From Kiritimatiellia bacterium (GTDB taxonomy: Bacteria; Verrucomicrobiota; Kiritimatiellia; PWTM01): 64,000 bases of DNA. Positions 34,363-44,500 of the stretch are shown here, piece after piece (within the stretch, counting starts at the first letter, position 1; each line of letters opens with the position of its first letter). The stretch covers positions 70,829 to 134,828 of the forward strand of contig JAOACR010000014.1 of the NCBI GenBank assembly GCA_026417735.1. Direction: 5' to 3'. Position numbers and translations under genes: made by a program. The notes beneath the pieces are model-generated. The model was not told the origin of the DNA. It made no database searches and worked only from the letters and a program-made list of their open reading frames with translations.

Positions 34363-37300
34363 ATGAGAAAGATCGAAAAACTGCTGGTGGCGAACCGAAG
34401 CGAGATCGCGATCCGCGTGATTCGCGGTGCGGCGGAGCTGGGCCTTCGGACCGTTGCGATCTACAGCCAGGAGGACCGCTTCGCGCTGCATCGGTTCAAG
34501 GCCGACGAGACCTACCTGATCGGCGAAGGCAAGGGGCCGGTCGGCGCCTACCTCGACATACCGGGCATCGTCGCACTGGCGAAAAAGGTTGGCGCGGACG
34601 CGATCCACCCCGGTTACGGGTTCCTTTCCGAGAATGCCGAGTTCGCGCGGGCGTGCCGCGACGCGGGCATTCTGTTCATCGGTCCGACGCCGGAAATGCT
34701 GGCGACGTTCGGCGACAAGATCGCGGCAAAGCAGATCGCGCAGCAGGTGGGGGTGCCGACGGTACCGGGCACCGACAAGCCGGTGCGTCCGGGTCCGGAG
34801 CTGCGACGGGCGGCGGCGCGGATTGGTTACCCCCTCATCCTGAAGGCCAGTTTCGGCGGAGGCGGACGGGGGATGCGGGTGGTCGAGAAGGCCGCCGACC
34901 TGGAGCCCAAGCTGGAGGAAGCGATGCGCGAGGCCGGCGGGGCGTTTGGCAACCCCGCGGTCTTCATTGAGCGCTACATCCGTCGCGCCCGCCACATCGA
35001 GGTGCAGATCCTCGGCGACGGCCGGGGCGGCATTCGGCATCTCTGGGAGCGCGACTGCTCCGTGCAGCGGCGCCACCAGAAGGTTGTGGAGATCGCGCCG
35101 GCGCCGAACCTCGACCCCGAGCTGCGCCGTCGCATCTGCGAGGCGGCCGTTCGGATGACCCGGGCGGTGAACTACCTGTGCGCGGGCACCGTCGAGTTTC
35201 TCGTGGATGCGGACACCGGCGAGTTCTATTTCATCGAAGTGAACCCGCGCATCCAGGTCGAGCACACCGTCACGGAGATGGTGACCGGCATTGACATCGT
35301 GCGGGCGCAGATCCTGCTGGCGCAGGGGCATGACTTTGACTCGCCCGAGCTCGCGATCCCGCCGCAGGAGGAGATCCGCGCCAACGGCTTCGCCATCCAG
35401 TGCCGCATCACCACGGAGGATCCCGAAAACCGGTTCATTCCGGATTACGGACGTATCTCGACCTATCGCTCGCCGGCCGGCTTCGGCATCCGGCTGGACG
35501 GCGGCACCGCCTACACCGGCGCGGTGATCACGCCCTACTACGACTCGCTGTTGGTGAAAGTGACCGCCTGGGCGCCGACCTTCGCGCAAACGATCCAGCG
35601 GATGAACCGCGCGCTGAGCGAGTTCCGGATCGGCGGCGTGCGCACCAACATCGCGTTCCTGAACCACCTGATTCTGCACCCGACGTTCCAGCGCGGCGAG
35701 GCCACCACCACGTTCATCGACGATACGCCCGAACTCTTCCGCTGGCCGAAGCGGCGCGACAGCGCGTCCCGGCTGCTCGCGTTCCTGGGCGAGGTGATCG
35801 TGAACGGCAACCCGGAGGTGAAGGGGCGCAGCGACGGCCGCGCGCTCCCCACCCCCCGCATTCCGCCCGTGCCCGCGGGTGAGCCGCCGGCGGGCCTGCG
35901 CCAGCAACTCCAGGCGCTCGGTCCCAAGAAATTTGCGGACTGGATCCTCACGCAGCGACGGCTGTTCCTCACCGACACCACCTTCCGCGACGCACACCAG
36001 TCGCTGCTGGCGACGCGGGTCCGCACCCGCGACATGGTCAATATCGCACCGTTCGTCGCGCACCGGCTGTCCGGCCTCTTCAGCCTCGAAATGTGGGGCG
36101 GCGCCACCTTCGACGCCGCGATGCGCTTCCTGAAGGAGGACCCCTTCGAGCGTCTCGCGGAGCTGCGCCGCGCGATTCCGAACATCCCGTTCCAGATGCT
36201 GCTGCGCGCGGGCAACGCGGTCGGCTACACCAACTATCCCGACGACGTCGTGCGTCGCTTCGTGCACGGCGCCGCGGAGCGCGGCATCGACATTTTCCGC
36301 ATCTTCGACTGTCTGAACTGGCTGCCGAACCTCCGGCCGGCGATGGACGCGGTGCTCGAGACCGGCGCGGTCTGCGAGCCGGCGATCTGCTACACCGGCG
36401 ACCTGCTCGACCCCCGGCGCGACAAGTACTCGCTGAAATATTACGTCAAGCTCGCGAAGCAGCTCGAGAAGGCCGGCGCCCACATTCTCGGCATCAAGGA
36501 CATGGCGGGTCTCTGCAAGCCCTACGCGGCGGGCAAACTTGTGAAGGCGCTGCGGGAGGAGATCTCGATCCCGATCCACTTCCACACGCACGACACCGCC
36601 GGCGTGCAGGCGGCGGCCATCCTGCAGGCCGCCGAGGCCGGTGCCAGCATCGCGGACTGCGCGGTCGAGTCCATGAGCGGCTTCACCAGCCAAGTGAACC
36701 TGAACTCGATTGTCGCGGCGTTCCGAAATACGCCGCGCGACACCGGCCTGGATGCGGATGCGCTGAGCGAGTATGCGGCCTACTGGGAGGCGGTACGCGC
36801 GCTCTACTACCCCTTTGAAGCGGGGATGAAATCGAGCACCGCGGAGGTCTACCGCCACGAAATTCCAGGCGGCCAGGTCACCAACCTGCAGGAACAGGCC
36901 CGCAGCCTCGGCCTTGCGGACCGCTGGCCGGAAGTGCTGCGCGCCTACGCGCAAGTGAATGAGCTCTTCGGCGACATCGTCAAGGTCACGCCCACCAGCA
37001 AGGTCGTCGGCGACATGGCGCTGTTCATGGTCGCGAACAACTTGAAGCCAGAAGACGTGCTGGACGAAACGCGGCAACTGTCGTTCCCGGAGTCGGTGGT
37101 CGAACTCTTCGAGGGTAAGCTCGGCCAGCCGGTGGGCGGCTGGCCGAAGAAGCTGCAGCAGATCGTGCTGCGCGGCCGCAAGCCCCTCACCCGCCGGCCC
37201 GGTGAACTGCTGCCCCCGACCGACTTTGAGGCGATCCGACGCGAGCTGGCCGCAAAGCTGCACGAGGAGCCAACCGAAACGGACCTGCTGGCCTATCTCA

Positions 37301-37824
37301 TGTACCCGAAGGTGTTCCTCGATTTCGCGCACCACCGGCGCCAGTACGGCGACACGTCGCTGCTGCCGACCGATGTCTTCTTCTACGGCATGACGCCGGG
37401 CCGCGAAATCACCGTCGACCTCGAACCCGGCAAGACGATCATCGTTCGATTGCTCGCGGTCGGTCAGCCGGGCGACGACGGCGCGCGCGATGTATTCTTC
37501 GAACTGAACGGCCAGCCGCAGAACGTCCGCATCGTGGATCGGTCGCACAAGAGCGCGACGGTCCGCCGCAAGAAGGCGGAACCCGACGCGCCGGGCCACA
37601 TCGCCGCGCCGATGCCCGGCAAGATCTCCACGCTGGCGGTGCAGGTTGGCCAGTCGGTGAAACCGGGTGACAAACTGCTCAGCATCGAGGCGATGAAAAT
37701 GGAGACCGCGGTCTATGCGCCGGTCGGCGGCGTGATCCGCGAACTCCACGTACAGCCCGGCACCGCGGTCGAGACGCGCGACCTGCTGCTGGTGATTGAA
37801 CCTGCGGGCAGCAAAGCGGCCTGA
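34363..37824 (+). CDS. pyc: Pyruvate carboxylase
   Basis: BC domain (ANRSEIA, HPGYGFLSEN, RDCSVQRRHQK), CT domain (RDAHQSLLATR, EMWGGATFD, HFHTHDT), biotin motif EAMKME. Confidence 0.98.
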   Translation: MRKIEKLLVANRSEIAIRVIRGAAELGLRTVAIYSQEDRFALHRFKADETYLIGEGKGPVGAYLDIPGIVALAKKVGADAIHPGYGFLSENAEFARACRDAGILFIGPTPEMLATFGDKIAAKQIAQQVGVPTVPGTDKPVRPGPELRRAAARIGYPLILKASFGGGGRGMRVVEKAADLEPKLEEAMREAGGAFGNPAVFIERYIRRARHIEVQILGDGRGGIRHLWERDCSVQRRHQKVVEIAPAPNLDPELRRRICEAAVRMTRAVNYLCAGTVEFLVDADTGEFYFIEVNPRIQVEHTVTEMVTGIDIVRAQILLAQGHDFDSPELAIPPQEEIRANGFAIQCRITTEDPENRFIPDYGRISTYRSPAGFGIRLDGGTAYTGAVITPYYDSLLVKVTAWAPTFAQTIQRMNRALSEFRIGGVRTNIAFLNHLILHPTFQRGEATTTFIDDTPELFRWPKRRDSASRLLAFLGEVIVNGNPEVKGRSDGRALPTPRIPPVPAGEPPAGLRQQLQALGPKKFADWILTQRRLFLTDTTFRDAHQSLLATRVRTRDMVNIAPFVAHRLSGLFSLEMWGGATFDAAMRFLKEDPFERLAELRRAIPNIPFQMLLRAGNAVGYTNYPDDVVRRFVHGAAERGIDIFRIFDCLNWLPNLRPAMDAVLETGAVCEPAICYTGDLLDPRRDKYSLKYYVKLAKQLEKAGAHILGIKDMAGLCKPYAAGKLVKALREEISIPIHFHTHDTAGVQAAAILQAAEAGASIADCAVESMSGFTSQVNLNSIVAAFRNTPRDTGLDADALSEYAAYWEAVRALYYPFEAGMKSSTAEVYRHEIPGGQVTNLQEQARSLGLADRWPEVLRAYAQVNELFGDIVKVTPTSKVVGDMALFMVANNLKPEDVLDETRQLSFPESVVELFEGKLGQPVGGWPKKLQQIVLRGRKPLTRRPGELLPPTDFEAIRRELAAKLHEEPTETDLLAYLMYPKVFLDFAHHRRQYGDTSLLPTDVFFYGMTPGREITVDLEPGKTIIVRLLAVGQPGDDGARDVFFELNGQPQNVRIVDRSHKSATVRRKKAEPDAPGHIAAPMPGKISTLAVQVGQSVKPGDKLLSIEAMKMETAVYAPVGGVIRELHVQPGTAVETRDLLLVIEPAGSKAA

Positions 37825-37826
37825 TC

Positions 37827-38624
37827 GTGCGCGACCCGATCCGTTCCGGTCCCTTGCGTCGCGCGGTCGCTCCGGCGCAGGTGCGAGTGTGGTCGCGGCT
37901 CGGTTCCACTCAGCAGCGCGCGATCGCAATGCTGGAGGCGGGCCGGCTCCGTCCGCCGGCGCTCCTGGTGGCCGCCCACCAGACCGCCGGCATCGGCCGG
38001 GGCACCAATCGATGGTGGGCGGATGAGGGATCCCTCTGCGCAACGCTGGTGCTCCCCGTGGTGCCAGCGATGCCCGTCGGCCAGGTGCCGCTGCGGGCCG
38101 GCCTGGCCGTCGCCGAGACGCTCGCCCGACATCTGCCGCCTCGCACCGTGCAGGTGAAGTGGCCGAACGACGTGTGGATGCGCGGCCGCAAGCTCGCCGG
38201 CATCCTCTCCGCCCGGGTGCGGGAAGCGGACGTGATCGGCATTGGCATCAACGTCACCACCGACCTGCGCCGCGCACCGGCCGACGTGCGCGCGATCGCC
38301 ACCTCGCTGCGCGAGTGGCTCCCCGCTCCTCCTTCGCGCGCTGCGCTACTGGTAGAGATCTGGCAGGCCGTGCTCGCCACACGCGCGGCCACCGACTGGA
38401 TGGAACGCTACCGTAAACGCCACGCGCTCGAAAACCGGCTCGTGCTCGCGGAGCTCAATGGCCGCCTCGTGCGGGGACGGTGCGAGGGCCTGGACAACGA
38501 GGGGCGGCTGCGCCTGGCCGTCGGTGGCGCACACCTGGCCATCACCGAAGCGACGGTGCAGCTCTGTGGCCGCTCCTCGGGCCAGCCGAAGTCCGCCACT
38601 GCAACCGGCCTCGAGATCGCCTGA
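37827..38624 (+). CDS. birA: Biotin--protein ligase (no N-terminal HTH)
   Basis: QTAGIGR..RW, VKWPNDV, RKLAGIL, IGIGINV; directly follows pyc. Confidence 0.9.
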   Translation: MRDPIRSGPLRRAVAPAQVRVWSRLGSTQQRAIAMLEAGRLRPPALLVAAHQTAGIGRGTNRWWADEGSLCATLVLPVVPAMPVGQVPLRAGLAVAETLARHLPPRTVQVKWPNDVWMRGRKLAGILSARVREADVIGIGINVTTDLRRAPADVRAIATSLREWLPAPPSRAALLVEIWQAVLATRAATDWMERYRKRHALENRLVLAELNGRLVRGRCEGLDNEGRLRLAVGGAHLAITEATVQLCGRSSGQPKSATATGLEIA

Positions 38625-38903
38625 GCGGCTCTGGCGCCGACTTCGTCGACGTTCGCGACGTGTCTTGCGGGGCGCTCTTCGGACCGCGCCACCCGAAGCC
38701 TGAGCGCCATTCCAAGGCTCGGAACCCGCTGCCTCGGCGGCATCCCACATTTGGAGGGATCTCCGCCGCTACTCTGCCGGCGCCATCCGCAGGCGGGCAT
38801 CCCAACCCACGCGGCCCATCTGCGCGCGACGCGGCGGCCTATTGCACCCTTCCGGCTTTCCCTAGCCGCCCGGTTCGTCTATAGTGGCACTGGAGCTCAT
38901 TCC

Positions 38904-41363
38904 GTGGCTCATCTCGTTGCTGGGCGGCCGATCCCGCCCCTTCGCGGAGGGACGGTAGGGGCCTTTTGTGCGACGATCGTCGCGATGGGACTGACCGGCT
39001 GCGCGACCGTACCCACGAATCCCTACTTTTCCTCCGTGCGCTCCGCCGCAAATGTGTATGTGGCGCCGGTGCGCGCCGACGTTGTGAAGATCGCGGTGTT
39101 GCCGTTCAAAGCGCCCACGGAGCTGATCGGCGCATCCGTCGCGGACATGGTGGTGACGGAAATGCTGAAGCTCGGCCGCTACACGCTGGTGGAGCGCAGC
39201 CAAATGGCCGGCGTGCTGAGCGAAACCGAGCTGGCGATGGCGGGCCTCTCCGAACGCCGAGCGATGGAAGTGGGCCGGATGCTGGGCGCTGATGGCGTCG
39301 TGATCGGCACGGTGGATGAATACTCCACCCAGGCGCGGGGCGGCCGCACCCACGCGGTGGTGGGTCTCTCGATCCGGCTGATCCACTCGCAGACCGGCCA
39401 GATTCTCTGGAGCGCGGACCTCGCGAAAATGGCGGAGGACCCGAACGTGCCGCTGGCCGCGCACGGTCGAGCGGTGGTGCACGAGCTGATCGCAGGCTTG
39501 TATCAGCGTTTGGGCGCGCAGCGCTCCACGCCGGCGCCGGGCACCGCGATGGGCGCGCCCGTGCCGGCTTCCGCCCCCGCGGCACCTGCCCCGCCGCCAC
39601 CACCTCCTCCGCCACCGAGCGACCTGAAGGCTTCGGACCTCGGCCTTCGCGAGGTCACGCTGACCTGGAGCGTGCCGAGAGAAGCGATTTCGGCCTACCG
39701 CATCGAGCGCGCCGAGTCGCTGCAGGGGCCTTTCGTAAAGATTGCGGAAGTCTCACCCCTACGGGGCATGTACACCGATCGGGATGGCCTGAAAGATTCG
39801 TCGACCTACTACTACCGCATCATCGCGGTGGCTGGCCCCGGCCGACTGAGCGAGCCATCCAGGCCCGTCGAAAGCATGACTGCACCACCCCCGGATCCGC
39901 CGCCGACGGTGAGCGCCGTCGCCACGGGATCTCGCGCGGTGACGCTCACGTGGACCGCACCCCGCGCGGAGGGCATTGTGCGCTACCGGATAGAGCGCGC
40001 GTTGGCGGCGGACCTCCAGCGGCAGTGGGTCCCGCGGGGCGAGACCACCGGCACGACATTGGTCGACGGCGGCCGGCCCGGCACGGACCTACTGGATAGC
40101 ACGGAGTACCTCTACCGCGTCGCTTCGATCAACCGGGTCGGCGCAGTGGGGCCGCCCTCCGAGCCGGTCCGAGTCATGACGCTGCCACCGCCGGCACCCA
40201 TTGCGGATCTGCGCGCCGCCTCGGACGAAGTGCGGTGCGTTCCGCTGCGCTGGACGGCCAGCCCGGAAGGGGATGTGACGGGGTACGAAATTGAACGCCG
40301 CGCCCCCGGAGAGGACGCGTTCAGGCTGCTGGTGACCGTTCAGGGCCGACTGAGCACCAACCACCTCGACGGCCTGCGCGATCCCGGCAATCTGAAGGAT
40401 GAGGCCTGCTACATCTACCGCATCCGGCCGTTCAATGCGGTGGGCTCTCGCGGCGCGTGGTCGCCGCCGGTGGAGGCCGTCACTCGGGCACCGCCGCCCG
40501 CTCCCCAAAGCGTCAGCGCACGCTCCGGCCTCCCGCGCGCGGTTGAAGTTGCGTGGGCCGCCTCGCCGGATTTAAAGGTCACCGGCTATCGAATCGAACG
40601 TGGGGAGGGTGAAACTGGCCCCTTCGTGCTCGTCGGCCAGGTGAGCGGCCTGACAACAACGCAGTTTCTGGACCGGGCCGGCGCGTCGAGGTCGTCGCCG
40701 GTCGGCCATTTGAAGGACGGTACGCGGTACCGTTACCGCGTCAGCGCGTTCAACACCGCGAATGCCGCGTCGCCGTGGTCCGAGACGGTGTTGGCGACCA
40801 CGAAACCCGCGCCCTCCGTGCCGACCGGCCTCACCGCGACGACTAACCGCCCCAAGTCCGTTGCCCTCGCCTGGGCTCCCAACCCCGAGCCGGACATCGT
40901 CCGCTACGTGGTGGAATCCCGTGCGGCGGACAGTTCGCGCTGGCGCGAGGTGATCAGCACCAGCGGCACCGTCGCAGTGCACGCGGGGTTGAACGACGGC
41001 GAAGTTCGGTATTACCGCCTCCGCGCGGTGGATCGCGACACCCTGGAGAGCGCCGCCTCCGCAGAGGCCCGCGGCGCGGCGCGGCCGCTGCCGCCGGCGC
41101 CGGAGAGCCTGGCGGCGGAATGGACAGCGGAGGGCGCACGACTGAGCTGGGAGGGGCGGCCGGGCATGAAGGAATACCGCCTCTATCGCAAAGGATTTCT
41201 GTCGTCGGAACGGCTACTGGCGGTTGCCGGGCCGCCGGCATTGCTGCCGGCGGCGGTGGTCGGAAAAGGTTTGACGGTGGTGGTCACGGCGGTGGACGAG
41301 GAAGACCTGGAGAGCCGGCCATCGGCGGCGATTAAGATCCGCCCGCCGGCAGCGCCGCGTTGA
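38904..41363 (+). CDS. Lipoprotein with CsgG/HfaB-like N-terminal domain, Pro-rich linker and six fibronectin type III domains
   Basis: Lipobox GLTGC; KIAVLPF..YTLVERSQMAGVLSE..VGRMLGADGVVIGTV..IRLIHSQTGQILWS; six FN3-like units (PxxL..LxW..YRIER..LxDxxxYxYR); GGAG RBS before GTG 38904 (start inferred). Confidence 0.85.
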   Translation: MAHLVAGRPIPPLRGGTVGAFCATIVAMGLTGCATVPTNPYFSSVRSAANVYVAPVRADVVKIAVLPFKAPTELIGASVADMVVTEMLKLGRYTLVERSQMAGVLSETELAMAGLSERRAMEVGRMLGADGVVIGTVDEYSTQARGGRTHAVVGLSIRLIHSQTGQILWSADLAKMAEDPNVPLAAHGRAVVHELIAGLYQRLGAQRSTPAPGTAMGAPVPASAPAAPAPPPPPPPPPSDLKASDLGLREVTLTWSVPREAISAYRIERAESLQGPFVKIAEVSPLRGMYTDRDGLKDSSTYYYRIIAVAGPGRLSEPSRPVESMTAPPPDPPPTVSAVATGSRAVTLTWTAPRAEGIVRYRIERALAADLQRQWVPRGETTGTTLVDGGRPGTDLLDSTEYLYRVASINRVGAVGPPSEPVRVMTLPPPAPIADLRAASDEVRCVPLRWTASPEGDVTGYEIERRAPGEDAFRLLVTVQGRLSTNHLDGLRDPGNLKDEACYIYRIRPFNAVGSRGAWSPPVEAVTRAPPPAPQSVSARSGLPRAVEVAWAASPDLKVTGYRIERGEGETGPFVLVGQVSGLTTTQFLDRAGASRSSPVGHLKDGTRYRYRVSAFNTANAASPWSETVLATTKPAPSVPTGLTATTNRPKSVALAWAPNPEPDIVRYVVESRAADSSRWREVISTSGTVAVHAGLNDGEVRYYRLRAVDRDTLESAASAEARGAARPLPPAPESLAAEWTAEGARLSWEGRPGMKEYRLYRKGFLSSERLLAVAGPPALLPAAVVGKGLTVVVTAVDEEDLESRPSAAIKIRPPAAPR

Positions 41364-41512
41364 GACCTCCGGATTCGGCGGCCCGCGCGGCACGAGGAGC
41401 CGTGCGATGAAGGATCGCCGCAGCATGCGGCATCGGTGCGCGAGGCCGTGCCCCGAGAAGCGGGTGGTGTTGAACGTGTTCGGCGGCAAGCCGTACAGGG
41501 AGGATCAGCATC

Positions 41513-44500
41513 ATGAACGCGGTTGAGTTCCAGGGGGAGTCTGGTCGGCCCGGGACCGGGCACACCGTGTTCGCTACAACGGTTTTCTGCCTGACGATCC
41601 TCTCGGCAACGGTCGGGTCCGCCGCCGGTCCTCCCGGCTCGGACCGCGAGGAGAACGCGGGGGGGTATCGGGCGCCCGTGGGCACGGCCGGACATCGCGC
41701 GGGCGAGAGTGGCGGGGCGGCGGCCGCCCCATCCGCGGCGCGCGATCCCGAGCGCGAAGCCGCTTGGCAACGGGCGCGCGCGGAGGCAAACCGGCGGGTG
41801 CGGGAGTTTGAATCGGCGCTGCAGTCCGGCGATCCCGCGCGGATCCGGCGCAGCGCCCTTGACTTGCAATCGGACCCGCTGGCGATCCACCACATCAACC
41901 GCAACCGCCCGGATCTCGTGGAGGCGAACAATCAAGTGGTGCGCGAGATCCGCACCGAGGCGACCCGGCAGATGCGCGAGGCGGCGGCGCGAGAATGGAA
42001 CCGCGCAAACCCCGACAAGCCGCCCGTCACCGCCGACGATGTCGAAATCTACCAACCCCGCAACTGGCGCAGCCCGGACGCGCCGGCGACCAGCCCCCAG
42101 GACTGGGACGTCACCGTCCGGGTGCGCGGACAGGATCTTCCGCCAAGCCGCGCACGACGCATCGTCGAGGAATCGTTTTACCACGCCGCGGGCGGCGAGC
42201 AGACCTTTGGCAAGGGAGCAACCCCGGAAAGTGTCGCACGACGCCAGCGCGTCGAGACCACCAGCGGCCGAAGCCCGGAAGCCTACAATGAACCGCAGAG
42301 AATTCTCGGTACACCGGACGCACCGCCGCGGCCCGGCGAACCACTCCGTGATCCGGAACAACTGACCCGCGCCATCGAGCACAAGAGCAACGCGGCGCGA
42401 AACGAGTCGGATGCCGCCCGAGGCCGGGGCGACCCCGTTCAGGCAGCGCACCACGAATTCGACCAGATGTACCAGGCCGCCAAACAGTACGAGCGCATCA
42501 CCAGACCCCGCGTTGAAGCGGCGGGCGGGCGGGTGGATCCGCGGGTGGAGGAGGGCATGCGGATTCTGGGACAGGTCGGTCCGGACGGCATTTCGCCGGA
42601 AGAGGCACGGGCCCGGCTCGCGCAAATGGGCGAAACGCCAGAGTCGATCATCCGCAAGGCGTCGGGTCAGGCGGAGGCGGCCCAGGTGCTCGGCAGGGGA
42701 CGCGGCACTCAGGCGGACACGCCGGAGGGGGCCGCACGCGGCGCCACAGATGCGCCCGAAGGCCGGGCTCGCGGCCCCTCGGATGCGCCGGAGGCCCCAC
42801 CTCGAGGCCCCTCCGATACCCCCGACCGCGTGCCGGGCAGAGTCGGCAAAGCGCTGGAAACCGTTGGAAAGGGCATGCAGGCAGTGGACATCCTCGCAGG
42901 TGCGGACGACGCCAAAAAGGCAATCCAGGACGGGGACATGGGGAAACTGCGGGACAGTGTGGTCAACACCGCGGATGGGCTGGCGGGCGGTCCCCTCGCC
43001 ACCGGCCGAATGCTCGAGGAGCGCCTGGGCAAGAACCGCACCGAGAAAAATGAAGCACAAGAACAGGCGCGCCAGGCGGCCGAAGCGGAGCTGGAGCAGC
43101 GTATGCGCGTGGAACTTCGGCAAAGCGGGCTCTCAAAGGCCGAAGTGGAGGCGATCATGGAGGCGCGCGCGCGCGGTGATGACCGGCCGCTGCGCGACGC
43201 CTACGAGAGGGCGGGCCGAACGCCACCGAAAGGTGAGTCGCCGGATCCTGGCTGGCGCGACTCCCTGAACAACTACGGTTCGGAAGTGGTCGCGAACACG
43301 AAGGAGGTCGCGCAGGGAATCGCGGACCGCGCGGAGAAGGCGAAAAACTTCGTCACTCAGACCGGCCGGGACCTCGCGGAGATCGGCGCGGGGCTGACCG
43401 AGAAAGGGGTCGCCCGCGAGCTGATCGAGAAACAGAAAGACAACCTGACGAAGGACAACCTGAAGGCCGGCGTGGAACACCTTGCGGAAAAGGGGAAGGA
43501 ACTGATCGGGGTGAAAGAGACCGATCGCGAACGCGAGGGCCGCGCTGCACAGGATCTCGCCGAGAAGCTGATCGAAAAGGGTGTCGATCCGGAGACCGCC
43601 CGGCGGGTGGCCGGCGACTACATCACCCATGCGGGCGGCAAGGGGACACGGGGACAGCTGCGCGACGTGCTCGAGAGCGCGCGTTCCTCTTCCAAGGGTG
43701 GCATCTCCGCTGCCGGGACGGCGACCGAAGGAGGAAGTCGTGAAAAGGACGCGCGCACGACCTCCGCCCGGAGCGGCCCGCAGAAAGAACGCACCGAGTC
43801 AGCCCGCGAACGTCCCCCGGATCGTGAGGTCGCACCGTCCCCCTCGCCGCCGACGACCGCGGGCCGCGAACGCGGCCCTTCGAAGGAAGACAGGGAGGCA
43901 CCGCGCAACGACGCCGGCGAGCGGGTGGATGCCGGACAGTACCGCGACGGTGACACGATCGTCGTGCGCGACGGCACTGAATACGTGAAGCAGGGCGACC
44001 GGTGGGAGAAAACAGGTCGCAACTATGGTTCCTACACCGCCGAACGCGGTGCGCGCGGCGGTCTGGCTGGCGCGGAGCCGGCGGCGGGCGCGACGGCCAG
44101 CCGCGGCGATGCGAGCTCACGGGCCGGCGGTCTCGGGGGCCTGATCGACGGCCGGAGCGAGAAAACTTCCGCCCAGACGCAGGGAGCGCTCGGTCTGATG
44201 GGCGGTCAACAGAATCTCGCGCACGCCTCCACCCGCGGTGACGCTGCTGCGCGGGATGCGCGGACGCTGGTGGATGCCGCCGGCCGGGAGGCGCATACGT
44301 CGAGCCAGAAGTCGGCCGCCGACGTCGCCAGCGCCAATCGGGAGGGCGGTTGGGGCAAAGCCGTTGCCGACGGAGTCCAGCAGGCGGTCGAAAAAGGTCT
44401 GACGGCAGCGGGCCAGTCGTTGGGCAAGGCCGCCGCGGACGCCGCCGCCAACTCGATATTCAAGGACGGCCAGAGCGCCGGTGGTGCTCCGGCCACCGGC

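Noticed and set aside
34210..38043. 1277-aa minus-strand ORF
   Set aside because: Antisense shadow of pyc caused by high-GC codon bias; no recognisable motifs.
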